From Oscillospiraceae bacterium (GTDB lineage: Bacteria; Bacillota; Clostridia; Oscillospirales; Oscillospiraceae): a stretch of DNA of 64,000 nt. A program made the position numbers and the translations under genes. Positions 1 through 8,593 of the stretch are shown here, piece after piece (the first letter of the stretch is position 1; the number at the start of each line of letters is the position of its first letter). The notes below the pieces were generated by a model. The model did no database searches, was not told the DNA's origin, and worked only from the letters and a program-made list of their open reading frames with translations. Location: the NCBI GenBank assembly GCA_021771635.1, contig JAETOQ010000006.1, positions 1,908-65,907 on the forward strand. The letters are read 5' to 3'.

Positions 1-1
1 C

Positions 2-727
2 ATTATGGCCGGTCCCTGCTCCGTGGAATCCGAGGAACAGGTGGTGGCCATTGCCAAGGCCGTCAAGGCCAGCGGCGCCACCATGCTCCGCGGCGGCGCC
101 TTCAAGCCCCGCACCTCCCCCTACTCCTTCCAGGGCCTGGGCGCCGTGGGCCTGGAGTACCTGAAGGTGGCCCGTCAGGAGACCGGCCTGCCCATCGTCA
201 CCGAGCTGATGGACCTGAGCCAGCTGCCTCTGTTCAAGGATGTGGACGTGATCCAGATCGGCGCCCGGAACATGCAGAACTTCGATCTTTTGAAAGCCGT
301 GGGCCATCAGGAGAAGCCCGTGATGATCAAGCGGGGCATGTCCGCCACCTATGAGGAGTGGCTCATGAGCGCCGAGTATGTCATGGCCGGCGGCAACGAG
401 AACGTCATCCTCTGTGAGCGCGGCATCCGCACCTTCGAGTCCTACACCCGCAACACCCTGGACCTGGCGGCCATCCCCGTCCTGCGGAAGCTGACCCATC
501 TGCCCATCATCATCGACCCCAGCCACGCCACCGGCAAGAGCTGGCTGGTGGAGCCTCTGGCCATGGGCGCCGTAGCCACCGGCTGCGACGGCTTGCAGAT
601 TGAGGTCCACAACGACCCCGCCCACGCCCTGTGCGACGGTCCCCAGTCCCTGAAGCCCGAGGTGTTCGCCCCCCTGGCCAAGAAACTGCTGAAGCTTCAT
701 GAAATGATGAAGACTCTGGAGGATTGA
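2..727 (+). CDS. aroF: DAHP synthase (3-deoxy-7-phosphoheptulonate synthase, class I-beta), N-terminus cut by window edge
   Basis: Frame is open to base 2. Motifs [30 protein letters not shown] and IIIDPSH are typical of I-beta DAHPS. First gene of an aro operon. Confidence 0.9.
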   Translation: MMAGPCSVESEEQVVAIAKAVKASGATMLRGGAFKPRTSPYSFQGLGAVGLEYLKVARQETGLPIVTELMDLSQLPLFKDVDVIQIGARNMQNFDLLKAVGHQEKPVMIKRGMSATYEEWLMSAEYVMAGGNENVILCERGIRTFESYTRNTLDLAAIPVLRKLTHLPIIIDPSHATGKSWLVEPLAMGAVATGCDGLQIEVHNDPAHALCDGPQSLKPEVFAPLAKKLLKLHEMMKTLED

Positions 728-732
728 CTTCC

Positions 733-1569
733 ATGAATGTTGGTATTGTCGGCCTGGGCCTGATCGGCGGCTCCATGGCCAAGAGCATCAAAGCCCGCAC
801 AGCCCACACCGTCTGGGGAGTGGATCTGGATCAGGAGACGATGACCATGGCCCGGATGTGCGGCGCCATCGACGCGCCTCTGACGGATGAAAACCTGTCC
901 CAGTGCGATCTGATCCTGGTGGCGATCCGCCCCGGCGCCGCCATCGAATGGGTCCGCCGCCACGCGGACGCCATCGCCCAGTCCGCCATCCTGGTGGACC
1001 TGTGCGGTGTCAAGCGGGTGGTGGTGGCGGGCATCGCCCCCATCGCCGAGCAGCACGGCTTCGCCTACATCGGCGGCCATCCCATGGCGGGCCGTGAGCG
1101 GGGCGGCTTCACCGCTGCCACCGACAGCCTGTATGTGGGAGCCTCTATGATCCTGACGCCTGACAAACGGACGGACATGCAGCTGCTGGAAACCCTGAAG
1201 GACTTCTTCCTGGACATCGGCTTTGCCGGTCTGACCTTCTCCGATCCGGAGGAGCATGACCGCATCATCGCCTTCACCTCCCAGCTGGCCCACATCGTGT
1301 CCAGCTCCTATATCAAGTCCCCGGAGGCCCAGCGCCGCCGCGGCTTCTCCGCCGGCAGCTTCCAGGACATGACCCGTGTCGCCCGGCTGGACGAGGACAT
1401 GTGGACGGAGCTGTTTTTGGATGACGCGGACTATCTGACCTGTGAACTGGAGGAGATCATCCGCCACCTGACGGAATATCAGGAGGTCCTGAAGGCCAGA
1501 GATGCGGAAAAGCTCCGGGCCCTGCTCAAGGACGGCCGGGAGAAAAAAGCCGCCGCCGGAGGGAATTAA
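733..1569 (+). CDS. tyrA: prephenate dehydrogenase
   Basis: Rossmann motif GIVGLGLIGGSMAKS and IGGHPMAG. ATG 733 follows the aroF stop (725-727); TTG 724 is an alternative start. Confidence 0.85.
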   Translation: MNVGIVGLGLIGGSMAKSIKARTAHTVWGVDLDQETMTMARMCGAIDAPLTDENLSQCDLILVAIRPGAAIEWVRRHADAIAQSAILVDLCGVKRVVVAGIAPIAEQHGFAYIGGHPMAGRERGGFTAATDSLYVGASMILTPDKRTDMQLLETLKDFFLDIGFAGLTFSDPEEHDRIIAFTSQLAHIVSSSYIKSPEAQRRRGFSAGSFQDMTRVARLDEDMWTELFLDDADYLTCELEEIIRHLTEYQEVLKARDAEKLRALLKDGREKKAAAGGN

Positions 1570-1646
1570 AGGGGAGGGCCCGTACTCTCCCGGCGGGGCA
1601 GGGCGTCCCGCCCTTCGGAAAGCATATCTGCTATCTGCTAACTCCT

Positions 1647-1809
1647 AAGGCAGCACCGCACAATTCGGCAAAAGCGAATGGCCAGAAAATTTTTGTCAGA
1701 AAAAGGCGCGAAAACGCAGGAATACTTTGCGTATTTCAAGTTTTCGCAACGCATTTATGGCGAAAATTTTCGATCATACGCCGCAGGCGCAATTGTGCTG
1801 TGATGCCTT
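1647..1809 (+). repeat. Family A MITE-like palindromic repeat, copy 1 of 2
   Basis: 163-bp imperfect long hairpin. Termini AAGGCAGCACCGCACAATT and AATTGTGCTGTGATGCCTT are inverted repeats. A closely similar copy lies at 18756-18913. Confidence 0.85.
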
Positions 1810-1831
1810 CATGGTAATGAGGGATCTTCTT

Positions 1832-2902
1832 ATGTTCAACTCCATTCAAACCATCCAGGTCCGCACCTCCCCCGCCTATGCTGTCTCCATCGGCCCCGGC
1901 CTGCTGCGCACCTGCGGGCAGCGCCTGCGGGACCTGCTGGGTGCCTGCCATGTGGCGGTCATCACCGACAGCACCGTGGCGCCCCTGTACCTGGGCGTCG
2001 TGACCGGCAGTCTGCAGACGGCGGGCTTTGCCGTCAGTTCCTACGTATTTCCCGCCGGGGAGACCCACAAGAATTTTGACACGCTCTCCGGCATTCTGGA
2101 ATTCCTGGCGGAGGAGCGCCTGACCCGCACGGACTGCGTCATCGCCCTGGGCGGCGGCGTCACCGGCGATATGGCGGGCTTTGCCGCCGCCGTGTATCTC
2201 CGGGGCATCCGCTGCGTGCAGCTGCCCACCACGCTGCTCAGTGCCGTGGATTCCTCCGTGGGCGGCAAGACCGCCATTGACCTGAAAGCCGGGAAAAACC
2301 TGGCTGGTTCCTTCCGGCAGCCCGTCGCCGTCCTGTGCGACACAGACTGCCTTGCCTCCCTGCCCGCCGGCATCTTTGCCGACGGCGCCGCCGAGGCCAT
2401 CAAAACCGGCGTGTTGAGCGACGAGCACCTGTTCTCCCTGTTTGAGGACGGCACCCTGACCACCGCCCCCGGCTCTGTCATCGCCCAGTGCGTGGCCTAC
2501 AAGGCCGGCGTGGTGGAGCGGGACGAAAAGGAGCAGAACGAGCGCCGCCTCCTGAACCTGGGCCACACGGTGGGCCACGCCATCGAAACGTGCAGCGGCT
2601 ACACCATTCCCCACGGCCACGCCGTGGCGGCGGGACTTGCCATCATCGCCCGGTCCGCGGAAAAGCTGGGCTGGACGGACGCGCCCATCGCGGACCGCAT
2701 CGCCGCCTGCCTCCAAAAGAACGGCCTGCCCACCGGCACGGAATACGGCGCCGCCGAGCTGGCCCACGCCGCCTCCGCAGACAAAAAGCGGACCGGCGGA
2801 GACATCACCCTGGTGATCCCCAGGCGCATCGGCCTGTGTGAGCTGAAAAAGGTGCCGGTAGCGGAGCTGCTGCCTGTGATCCAGGCGGGATTGGAGGGCT
2901 GA
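1832..2902 (+). CDS. aroB: 3-dehydroquinate synthase
   Basis: Motifs GGGVTGDMAGFAAA and LPTTLLSAVDSSVGGKTAI. ATG 1832 (MFNSIQ) has a GAGGGA RBS. The longer ORF from 1727 reads through repeat A1 and is rejected. Confidence 0.9.
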   Translation: MFNSIQTIQVRTSPAYAVSIGPGLLRTCGQRLRDLLGACHVAVITDSTVAPLYLGVVTGSLQTAGFAVSSYVFPAGETHKNFDTLSGILEFLAEERLTRTDCVIALGGGVTGDMAGFAAAVYLRGIRCVQLPTTLLSAVDSSVGGKTAIDLKAGKNLAGSFRQPVAVLCDTDCLASLPAGIFADGAAEAIKTGVLSDEHLFSLFEDGTLTTAPGSVIAQCVAYKAGVVERDEKEQNERRLLNLGHTVGHAIETCSGYTIPHGHAVAAGLAIIARSAEKLGWTDAPIADRIAACLQKNGLPTGTEYGAAELAHAASADKKRTGGDITLVIPRRIGLCELKKVPVAELLPVIQAGLEG

Positions 2903-2903
2903 C

Positions 2904-4226
2904 ATGGATGTACGTATCATTCCCCGCCCCCTTTCCGGCACCGTCACCCCTCCCCCCAGCAAGTCCATGGCCCACCGCCTGATCATTGCCGCCGCCCTGG
3001 CCAAGGGGACCAGCACCATCCACAATGTGGCCCTCTCCCAGGACATCGAAGCCACCCTCCGGTGCATGGAGGCCCTGGGCGGCCGGTGGGAGCGTCCGGC
3101 CGCGGACACCCTCCGCGTCACCGGTATTGGCGGCGGATCCCGGCAGTTTGAGACGCTCCCCCGCTTTGACTGCGGAGAATCCGGCTCCACCCTGCGTTTT
3201 CTGATTCCCATCGCCCTGGCGGTGGCGGGAGGCGGCGTGTTCACCGGCCGCGGACGGCTGATGGAGCGGCCTCAAAAGCCCTACTTTGACCTGTTTGACG
3301 AAAAGGGGATCTCCTACACGCTGGAAAGCGGCGTGCTCACGGTCCGGGGGCGGCTGACCCCCGGCGAGTTCCGCCTCCCCGGCAACGTGTCCAGCCAATT
3401 CTTTACCGGACTGCTGTATGCCCTTCCCCTGCTGGACGGGCCATCCGCCATTGTCAGCACCACGGCCCTGGAGTCCGCCGACTACATCACCATGACGCGG
3501 GAAGCCATGCGGACCGCCGGTGTCTCCGTGACCGCGGGGTGGGCCCCGCCCCGCTTTCAGGTGTCCCCCTCGGCTTACCAAGCCTTTGACGGCGCGGTGG
3601 AGGCCGATTGGTCCCAGGCCGGGTTCTGGTACGCCGCCCAGGGCATCGGAAGCCCCCTTACCATCGCGGGCATGAATCGGTCCTCCGTCCAGGGGGACCG
3701 GGAGATCCTGGTCTACGGAGAGCTCCTCCGGGGAGAGGGTCTCCGGGGCGGTGTCACCGTGCCGGTCCTGGGTCCCGCCGGGGAAACCGCAGCTCCGCCG
3801 CCTGAGCGGCCGGGCTGGAGCACGCCCTGCGTGGGCAGTGTCAGTCTGGACATTGCCCGCTGTCCCGACCTGGCGCCGCCTCTGGCGGCCTGGGGGGCGC
3901 TGCTGAACGGCTCTTTGTACCTGAAAAACGCCGCCCGGCTCCGCATCAAGGAGAGCGACCGGCTGGCCACCATCACCGCTGCCCTGAAGGCCCTGGGGGC
4001 CGAGGTATATGAGGAGCCGGACCGGCTGACCATCGTCGGCAGGCCATCTCTCCCCGGCGGAACGGTGAACAGCGCCAACGACCACCGCATCGCCATGATG
4101 GCGGCCATCGCCGCCACCGGCTGCACGGGACCTGTGACGATCCTGGGGGCGGAATGCGTCAGAAAATCCTACCCGGACTTCTGGGAGGTCTACGAATCCC
4201 TGGGAGGTGAGATCCATGTCCTCTGA
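2904..4226 (+). CDS. aroA: EPSP synthase (3-phosphoshikimate 1-carboxyvinyltransferase)
   Basis: PPSKSMAHR and KESDR motifs, about 440 aa. Starts 1 nt after the aroB stop. Confidence 0.9.
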   Translation: MDVRIIPRPLSGTVTPPPSKSMAHRLIIAAALAKGTSTIHNVALSQDIEATLRCMEALGGRWERPAADTLRVTGIGGGSRQFETLPRFDCGESGSTLRFLIPIALAVAGGGVFTGRGRLMERPQKPYFDLFDEKGISYTLESGVLTVRGRLTPGEFRLPGNVSSQFFTGLLYALPLLDGPSAIVSTTALESADYITMTREAMRTAGVSVTAGWAPPRFQVSPSAYQAFDGAVEADWSQAGFWYAAQGIGSPLTIAGMNRSSVQGDREILVYGELLRGEGLRGGVTVPVLGPAGETAAPPPERPGWSTPCVGSVSLDIARCPDLAPPLAAWGALLNGSLYLKNAARLRIKESDRLATITAALKALGAEVYEEPDRLTIVGRPSLPGGTVNSANDHRIAMMAAIAATGCTGPVTILGAECVRKSYPDFWEVYESLGGEIHVL

Positions 4227-5307
4227 ATTCGGAAAAATTCTGAAGGTATCGGTATTCGGCCAGTCCCACGGCCGGGCCATCGGTGTCACGATGGATGGCC
4301 TGCCTGCCGGGGAGGCTGTCGATCTGGACGAGCTGAACGCCTTCCTGGACCGCCGGAAGCCGGGCAAAAGCCCTCTATCCACCCAGCGGCGGGAGGCGGA
4401 CGCCCCCATCTTCCTCTCCGGCTTAGAAAATGGCGTCACCTGCGGCGCACCCCTGTGCGCCATCATCGAAAACAGCGACCAGCACTCCTCGGATTACAGC
4501 GAATTGGCCGACAAGCCCCGGCCCTCCCACGCGGACTACACCGCCTGGGCAAAGTGGGGCGGCCATGCGGACATGCGGGGCGGCGGGCACTTCTCCGGGC
4601 GGCTGACAGCCCCCCTGTGCATCGCCGGCGGCATTGCCAGACAGATCCTGGCCCGCCGGGGCGTCCATGTGGGCGCCCATCTGGCAGCCGTTGGCACGGA
4701 GGACGACGCGGCCTTCCCCCTGCACCCCACGAAGGAATTGTTTGATTCCGTCGCCGCCAAGGCGTTTCCCGTTCTGGACGACCAGGCGGGGGCACGGATG
4801 CAGGCCCTGATCCTGGAGGCCCGGCAGAATCAGGATTCCGTGGGCGGCATCATCGAGTGCGCCGCCACGGGTATGCCCGCCGGACTGGGAGATCCCATGT
4901 TCGACGGGATTGAAAACCGGCTGGCAGCGGCGCTCTTCGGCATCCCCGCCGTCAAGGGCGTGGAATTCGGCCTGGGCTTTGGCTCCTCCCGCCTCCACGG
5001 CTCCGAAAACAACGACCCGTTCACTTTGGAGCACGGCGCCATCGTCACGGCGTCCAACCGCTCCGGCGGTATTTTGGGCGGCATCACTACCGGCATGCCC
5101 GTCACGCTCCGCGTGGCCGTCAAGCCCACGCCGTCCATCAGCCGTCCCCAGCAAACGGTCAGCCTGTCCGCCGGGGAGCCGGCGGAACTGGTCATCCATG
5201 GCCGGCACGACCCCTGCATCGCCCACCGGGCGGTCCCCGTGGTGGAGGCCGTCACCGCTGTTGTTTTATTAGATCTATTATTGGAGGGAAATCATGGAAC
5301 TTTCTGA
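4216..5307 (+). CDS. aroC: chorismate synthase
   Basis: FGQSHG signature and SGGILGGITTG. ATG 4216 is preceded by a GGGAGG RBS and overlaps the aroA end. Confidence 0.9.
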   Translation: MSSEFGKILKVSVFGQSHGRAIGVTMDGLPAGEAVDLDELNAFLDRRKPGKSPLSTQRREADAPIFLSGLENGVTCGAPLCAIIENSDQHSSDYSELADKPRPSHADYTAWAKWGGHADMRGGGHFSGRLTAPLCIAGGIARQILARRGVHVGAHLAAVGTEDDAAFPLHPTKELFDSVAAKAFPVLDDQAGARMQALILEARQNQDSVGGIIECAATGMPAGLGDPMFDGIENRLAAALFGIPAVKGVEFGLGFGSSRLHGSENNDPFTLEHGAIVTASNRSGGILGGITTGMPVTLRVAVKPTPSISRPQQTVSLSAGEPAELVIHGRHDPCIAHRAVPVVEAVTAVVLLDLLLEGNHGTF

Positions 5308-6430
5308 GATCCGCACGAAAATCGACGCTGTGGACGACCAGCTCCTGCGGCTGTTTCTGGAACGGATGAGTCTGGCCGAGGAAGTGGCCGCCTACAAAAA
5401 CGAGCATCACCTGCCCATTTTGAACAAGGAGCGGGAGCGCGCCGTCCTGGCGAAGGTCACAGAGAAGTCCGGCGAGAAGGAGCGCTACGCCTACCACCTC
5501 TTCTCCACCCTGTTCGAGCTGGCCCGCTCCCGCCAGGCGGAGCTGATCTCCGCCCCCACCAAGGTGGAGGCGAAGGTGAAGGCGTCTCTTGCCGCTGGCG
5601 GCGAGATCTTTCCCCAGACGGGCCTTGTGGCCTGCCAGGGCGTGGAGGGTGCCAACTCCCAGGTGGCCTGCGACCGCCTGCTGCCCCGGGGCAATGTGGT
5701 CTATGTCAAGACCTTTGAGGCCGTGGTCTCCGCCGTGGAATCCGGCTTCTGCAAATTTGGCGTGCTGCCCATTGAGAACAGTTCCAACGGCTCCGTCCGG
5801 GCGGTGTACGAGCTGCTGCTGGAGCACAACCTCTCCATCGTCCGCTCCACCCGCCTGTGCATCCGTCACGAACTGCTGACGCTGCCCGGTGTGAAGCTGT
5901 CTGACATCACGGAGATCTACTCCCACGAGCAGGCCATCGGCCAGTGCAGCAAGTTTCTGAACAGCCTGAACGGCATCCGTGTCATTCCCTGCGACAACAC
6001 CGCCATGGCCGCCAAAATGGTGGCCGAGAGCGGCAACCGCCACGCCGCCGCCATCTCCTCCCACCCCTGTGCGGCGCTGTACGGTCTGGAGTGCATCGAC
6101 GACCGCATCCAGAACAGTGACAACAACTACACCCGCTTTATCTGCGTCACCAAGGATCCGGCCATCTACGCCGGTGCCAACCGCATCAGCCTGATCATCG
6201 CCTTTGAAAACCGTCCCGGCGCTCTGTATGAACTGCTCTCCAAGCTGGCGGCCCTGGACATCAACCTGACGAAGCTGGAATCCTGCCCTGTTGTGGGCAG
6301 CGACTTTGAGTTCATCTTCTTCCTGGAGCTGGACGCCTCCGTGCAGGACCCCAGCGTACTTGCCATGCTGGAGGAGATGGAGCGCAGCTGCGCCCAGTTC
6401 CAGTTCCTGGGCAACTACGCGGAAGTCTGA
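5294..6430 (+). CDS. pheA: bifunctional chorismate mutase / prephenate dehydratase with ACT domain
   Basis: N-terminal CM helix (IDAVDDQLLRLFLERM), PDT core (NYTRFICV) and C-terminal ACT-like ENRPGALYELL. Confidence 0.85.
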   Translation: MELSEIRTKIDAVDDQLLRLFLERMSLAEEVAAYKNEHHLPILNKERERAVLAKVTEKSGEKERYAYHLFSTLFELARSRQAELISAPTKVEAKVKASLAAGGEIFPQTGLVACQGVEGANSQVACDRLLPRGNVVYVKTFEAVVSAVESGFCKFGVLPIENSSNGSVRAVYELLLEHNLSIVRSTRLCIRHELLTLPGVKLSDITEIYSHEQAIGQCSKFLNSLNGIRVIPCDNTAMAAKMVAESGNRHAAAISSHPCAALYGLECIDDRIQNSDNNYTRFICVTKDPAIYAGANRISLIIAFENRPGALYELLSKLAALDINLTKLESCPVVGSDFEFIFFLELDASVQDPSVLAMLEEMERSCAQFQFLGNYAEV

Positions 6431-6433
6431 CCT

Positions 6434-7678
6434 ATGGGGGAGAAGGTGTACGGCCTGCTGGGCCGGAAGCTGGGGCACAGCTGGTCTGTTCCCATCCACG
6501 CCGCTCTGGGCTGCGCGGATTACCAGCTGATCGAACTGGAGCCTGCACAGCTGGAACCGTTTCTGGCCCGGCGGGATATTGGCGGCCTGAATGTCACCAT
6601 TCCCTACAAGCGGGACGTGATGCCCTTCTGCGATGTGATCGACCCCATGGCGCGGGCCATCGGCAGCGTCAACACCCTGACCCGCCGGGCCGATGGGAAG
6701 CTATATGCCTTTAACACCGACGCCGCCGGCTTCTGCTGGATGGCTCAGCGGGCGTGCATCCAGCTCGCCGGCCGGAAGGTGGTCATTCTGGGCAGCGGCG
6801 GCGCGTCCTTGACGGCCGCGGCCTGCGCCCGCCGCCTGGGTGCCCGGGAGATCGTGGTGATCTCCCGCTCTGGCGAGAACAACTACGGTAATCTGGACCG
6901 TCATGCCGACGCGGAGATCGTGGTGAACACCACCCCCGTGGGGATGTATCCCAACACCGGCGCCGCCCCGGTGGACCTGTCCGCGTTCCCCCGCTGTAAA
7001 GGTGTTCTGGATGTCATCTACAATCCCCGGCGGACCGCCCTGCTGATGCAGGCGGAGGCGCTGGGCATTCCCTGCTCTGACGGCCTGCCCATGCTGGTGG
7101 CACAGGCCAAGGCGGCGGAGGAACACTTTTTTGAGAGGTCCATTCCTGACAGCGAAAATGAGCGCATCCTGTCCATGCTCCGCCGGGACGCCACCAATAT
7201 CGTTCTCATCGGCATGCCCGGCTGCGGCAAAACCACGGTGGGCGAAGCCCTGGCGGCGCTGACCGGCCGGGATGCCATCGATATCGACGCCCGCATCGTA
7301 TCGCGGGCCGGGTGCTCCATCCCCGAGATCTTTGCCCAGGGCGGCGAATCCGCCTTCCGGGCCCTGGAGCGGGAGGAGACGGCGGAGGCCGGCAAGCTGT
7401 CCGGCAAGATCATCCTGACCGGCGGCGGCGTGGTGAAGGACTCCCGCAACTATGCCCCGCTGCATCAAAACGGCCGCATCTATCATCTGATCCGGGACCT
7501 GCATGTGCTTCCCACAGACGGGCGGCCCCTCTCTCAGGGGGCGGACCTGGCCGTCATGTGGGTGGAGCGGGCGCCGCTGTATGCCCGGTTCCGGGACGCG
7601 GTCATCCAGAACAGCGGCACCATTCAGGAGACCGCCAGGCTGATTTGGAGGGATTTTTGTGAAAATTCTGGTACTTAA
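6434..7678 (+). CDS. aroE-aroK: shikimate dehydrogenase fused to shikimate kinase
   Basis: The N-terminal half has NVTIPYKRDV and GSGGAS (AroE). The C-terminal half has the P-loop GMPGCGKTTVG and the AroK-like IFAQGGESAFRALE. Confidence 0.85.
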   Translation: MGEKVYGLLGRKLGHSWSVPIHAALGCADYQLIELEPAQLEPFLARRDIGGLNVTIPYKRDVMPFCDVIDPMARAIGSVNTLTRRADGKLYAFNTDAAGFCWMAQRACIQLAGRKVVILGSGGASLTAAACARRLGAREIVVISRSGENNYGNLDRHADAEIVVNTTPVGMYPNTGAAPVDLSAFPRCKGVLDVIYNPRRTALLMQAEALGIPCSDGLPMLVAQAKAAEEHFFERSIPDSENERILSMLRRDATNIVLIGMPGCGKTTVGEALAALTGRDAIDIDARIVSRAGCSIPEIFAQGGESAFRALEREETAEAGKLSGKIILTGGGVVKDSRNYAPLHQNGRIYHLIRDLHVLPTDGRPLSQGADLAVMWVERAPLYARFRDAVIQNSGTIQETARLIWRDFCENSGT

Positions 7679-8108
7679 CGGCCCCAACATGAACATGCTG
7701 GGCATCCGCCAGCCGGAGATCTACGGCAAGGCCACCTATGAGGACCTATGCGCCATGATCCGGCAGGAGGCGGACCGTCTGGGCGTGGAGATCAGCTTTT
7801 TTCAGTCCAACCACGAGGGGGCTCTGGTGGATGCCATCCAGCAGGCTTACTTTGACAAGATGGACGGCATCATCATCAACCCTGCCGCCTATACCCACAC
7901 CAGCGTGGCCCTGTTGGACGCGGTGAAGGCCGTGGGTATCCCCACGGTGGAGGTCCATGTCTCCGACCCGGACAGCCGGGAGGAGTTCCGGCACATCTCC
8001 TATATCCGCGCCGCCTGTGTGGGCACCATCCGCGGCCACGGCCTGCCGGGCTATCTGGAGGCTCTGCATCTGTTGTGCGAAAGGCGGCAATATAGTCGGC
8101 ACACTTGA
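7659..8108 (+). CDS. aroQ: type II 3-dehydroquinate dehydratase
   Basis: LNGPNMNMLGIRQPEIYG signature. GTG 7659 has a GGAGGGA RBS. The last 5 codons plus the stop lie inside repeat B1. Confidence 0.9.
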   Translation: MKILVLNGPNMNMLGIRQPEIYGKATYEDLCAMIRQEADRLGVEISFFQSNHEGALVDAIQQAYFDKMDGIIINPAAYTHTSVALLDAVKAVGIPTVEVHVSDPDSREEFRHISYIRAACVGTIRGHGLPGYLEALHLLCERRQYSRHT

Positions 8109-8260
8109 AAATCGGTTAATACCGATTTTCTTACAGCGGCGGAGCCGCTGTGCTGACTATGAAGTCTGACGCAAGGCCGCTTTGCGGCCTTGTGGGGTGA
8201 GATGTCTCCCCCCACAAGTTGAAAAGAAGTTTTTACTTCCTTTCAACTGCGTCAACTATA
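8091..8260 (-). repeat. Family B structured repeat (about 175 bp, five hairpins, imperfect terminal inverted repeats TATAGTYGRC), copy 1 of 4, inverted
   Basis: Aligns by eye over its full length with 17442-17618, 38608-38782 and 42626-42811. The terminus TATAGTCGGCACACTTGA is identical to the reverse complement of the right end of copy 4. Confidence 0.9.
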
Positions 8261-8270
8261 AATACACCAA

Positions 8271-8497
8271 GAGAGCGGCTCCGCCGAAAAGTGGAGCCGC
8301 TCTCAGCTTGTCGAAAAGGTCTTTTCGACAAGCTGCTTAAGATTTCAGAACTTTTTAAAAGTTCTGAAATCTGTTGATTTGAATAGCGCAGGACACCCTT
8401 CCTGGGTTTCCCGCGCACACCTTTCCTTCCCGTTTTCCTGACTTTTCGGGTTTATCGACAGCCTGAGGGCGGCTCCGCCGAAAAGCGGAGCCGCCCT
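8271..8497 (+). repeat. Duplicated GC hairpin (8271-8304 and 8465-8497) bracketing a 160-bp hairpin cassette
   Basis: GAGAGCGGCTCCGCCGAAAAGTGGAGCCGCTCTC and GAGGGCGGCTCCGCCGAAAAGCGGAGCCGCCCT flank an insert. The insert holds the hairpins CTTGTCGAAAAGG/CTTTTCGACAAG and ATTTCAGAAC/GTTCTGAAAT. Confidence 0.8.
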
Positions 8498-8511
8498 GTT
8501 TCGTGTTCGTG

Positions 8512-8544
8512 TAAAAAAGGACTGCCGTTTTCACGGCAGTCCTT
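8512..8544 (-). terminator. intrinsic terminator downstream of cstA
   Basis: Stem AGGACTGCCG/CGGCAGTCCT is followed by a T-run on the minus strand. Confidence 0.7.
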
Positions 8545-8593
8545 TCTCTCAGCGGAGACTGGCAAAACTCCGCTGTTTTTTGAGGCAGAATGC

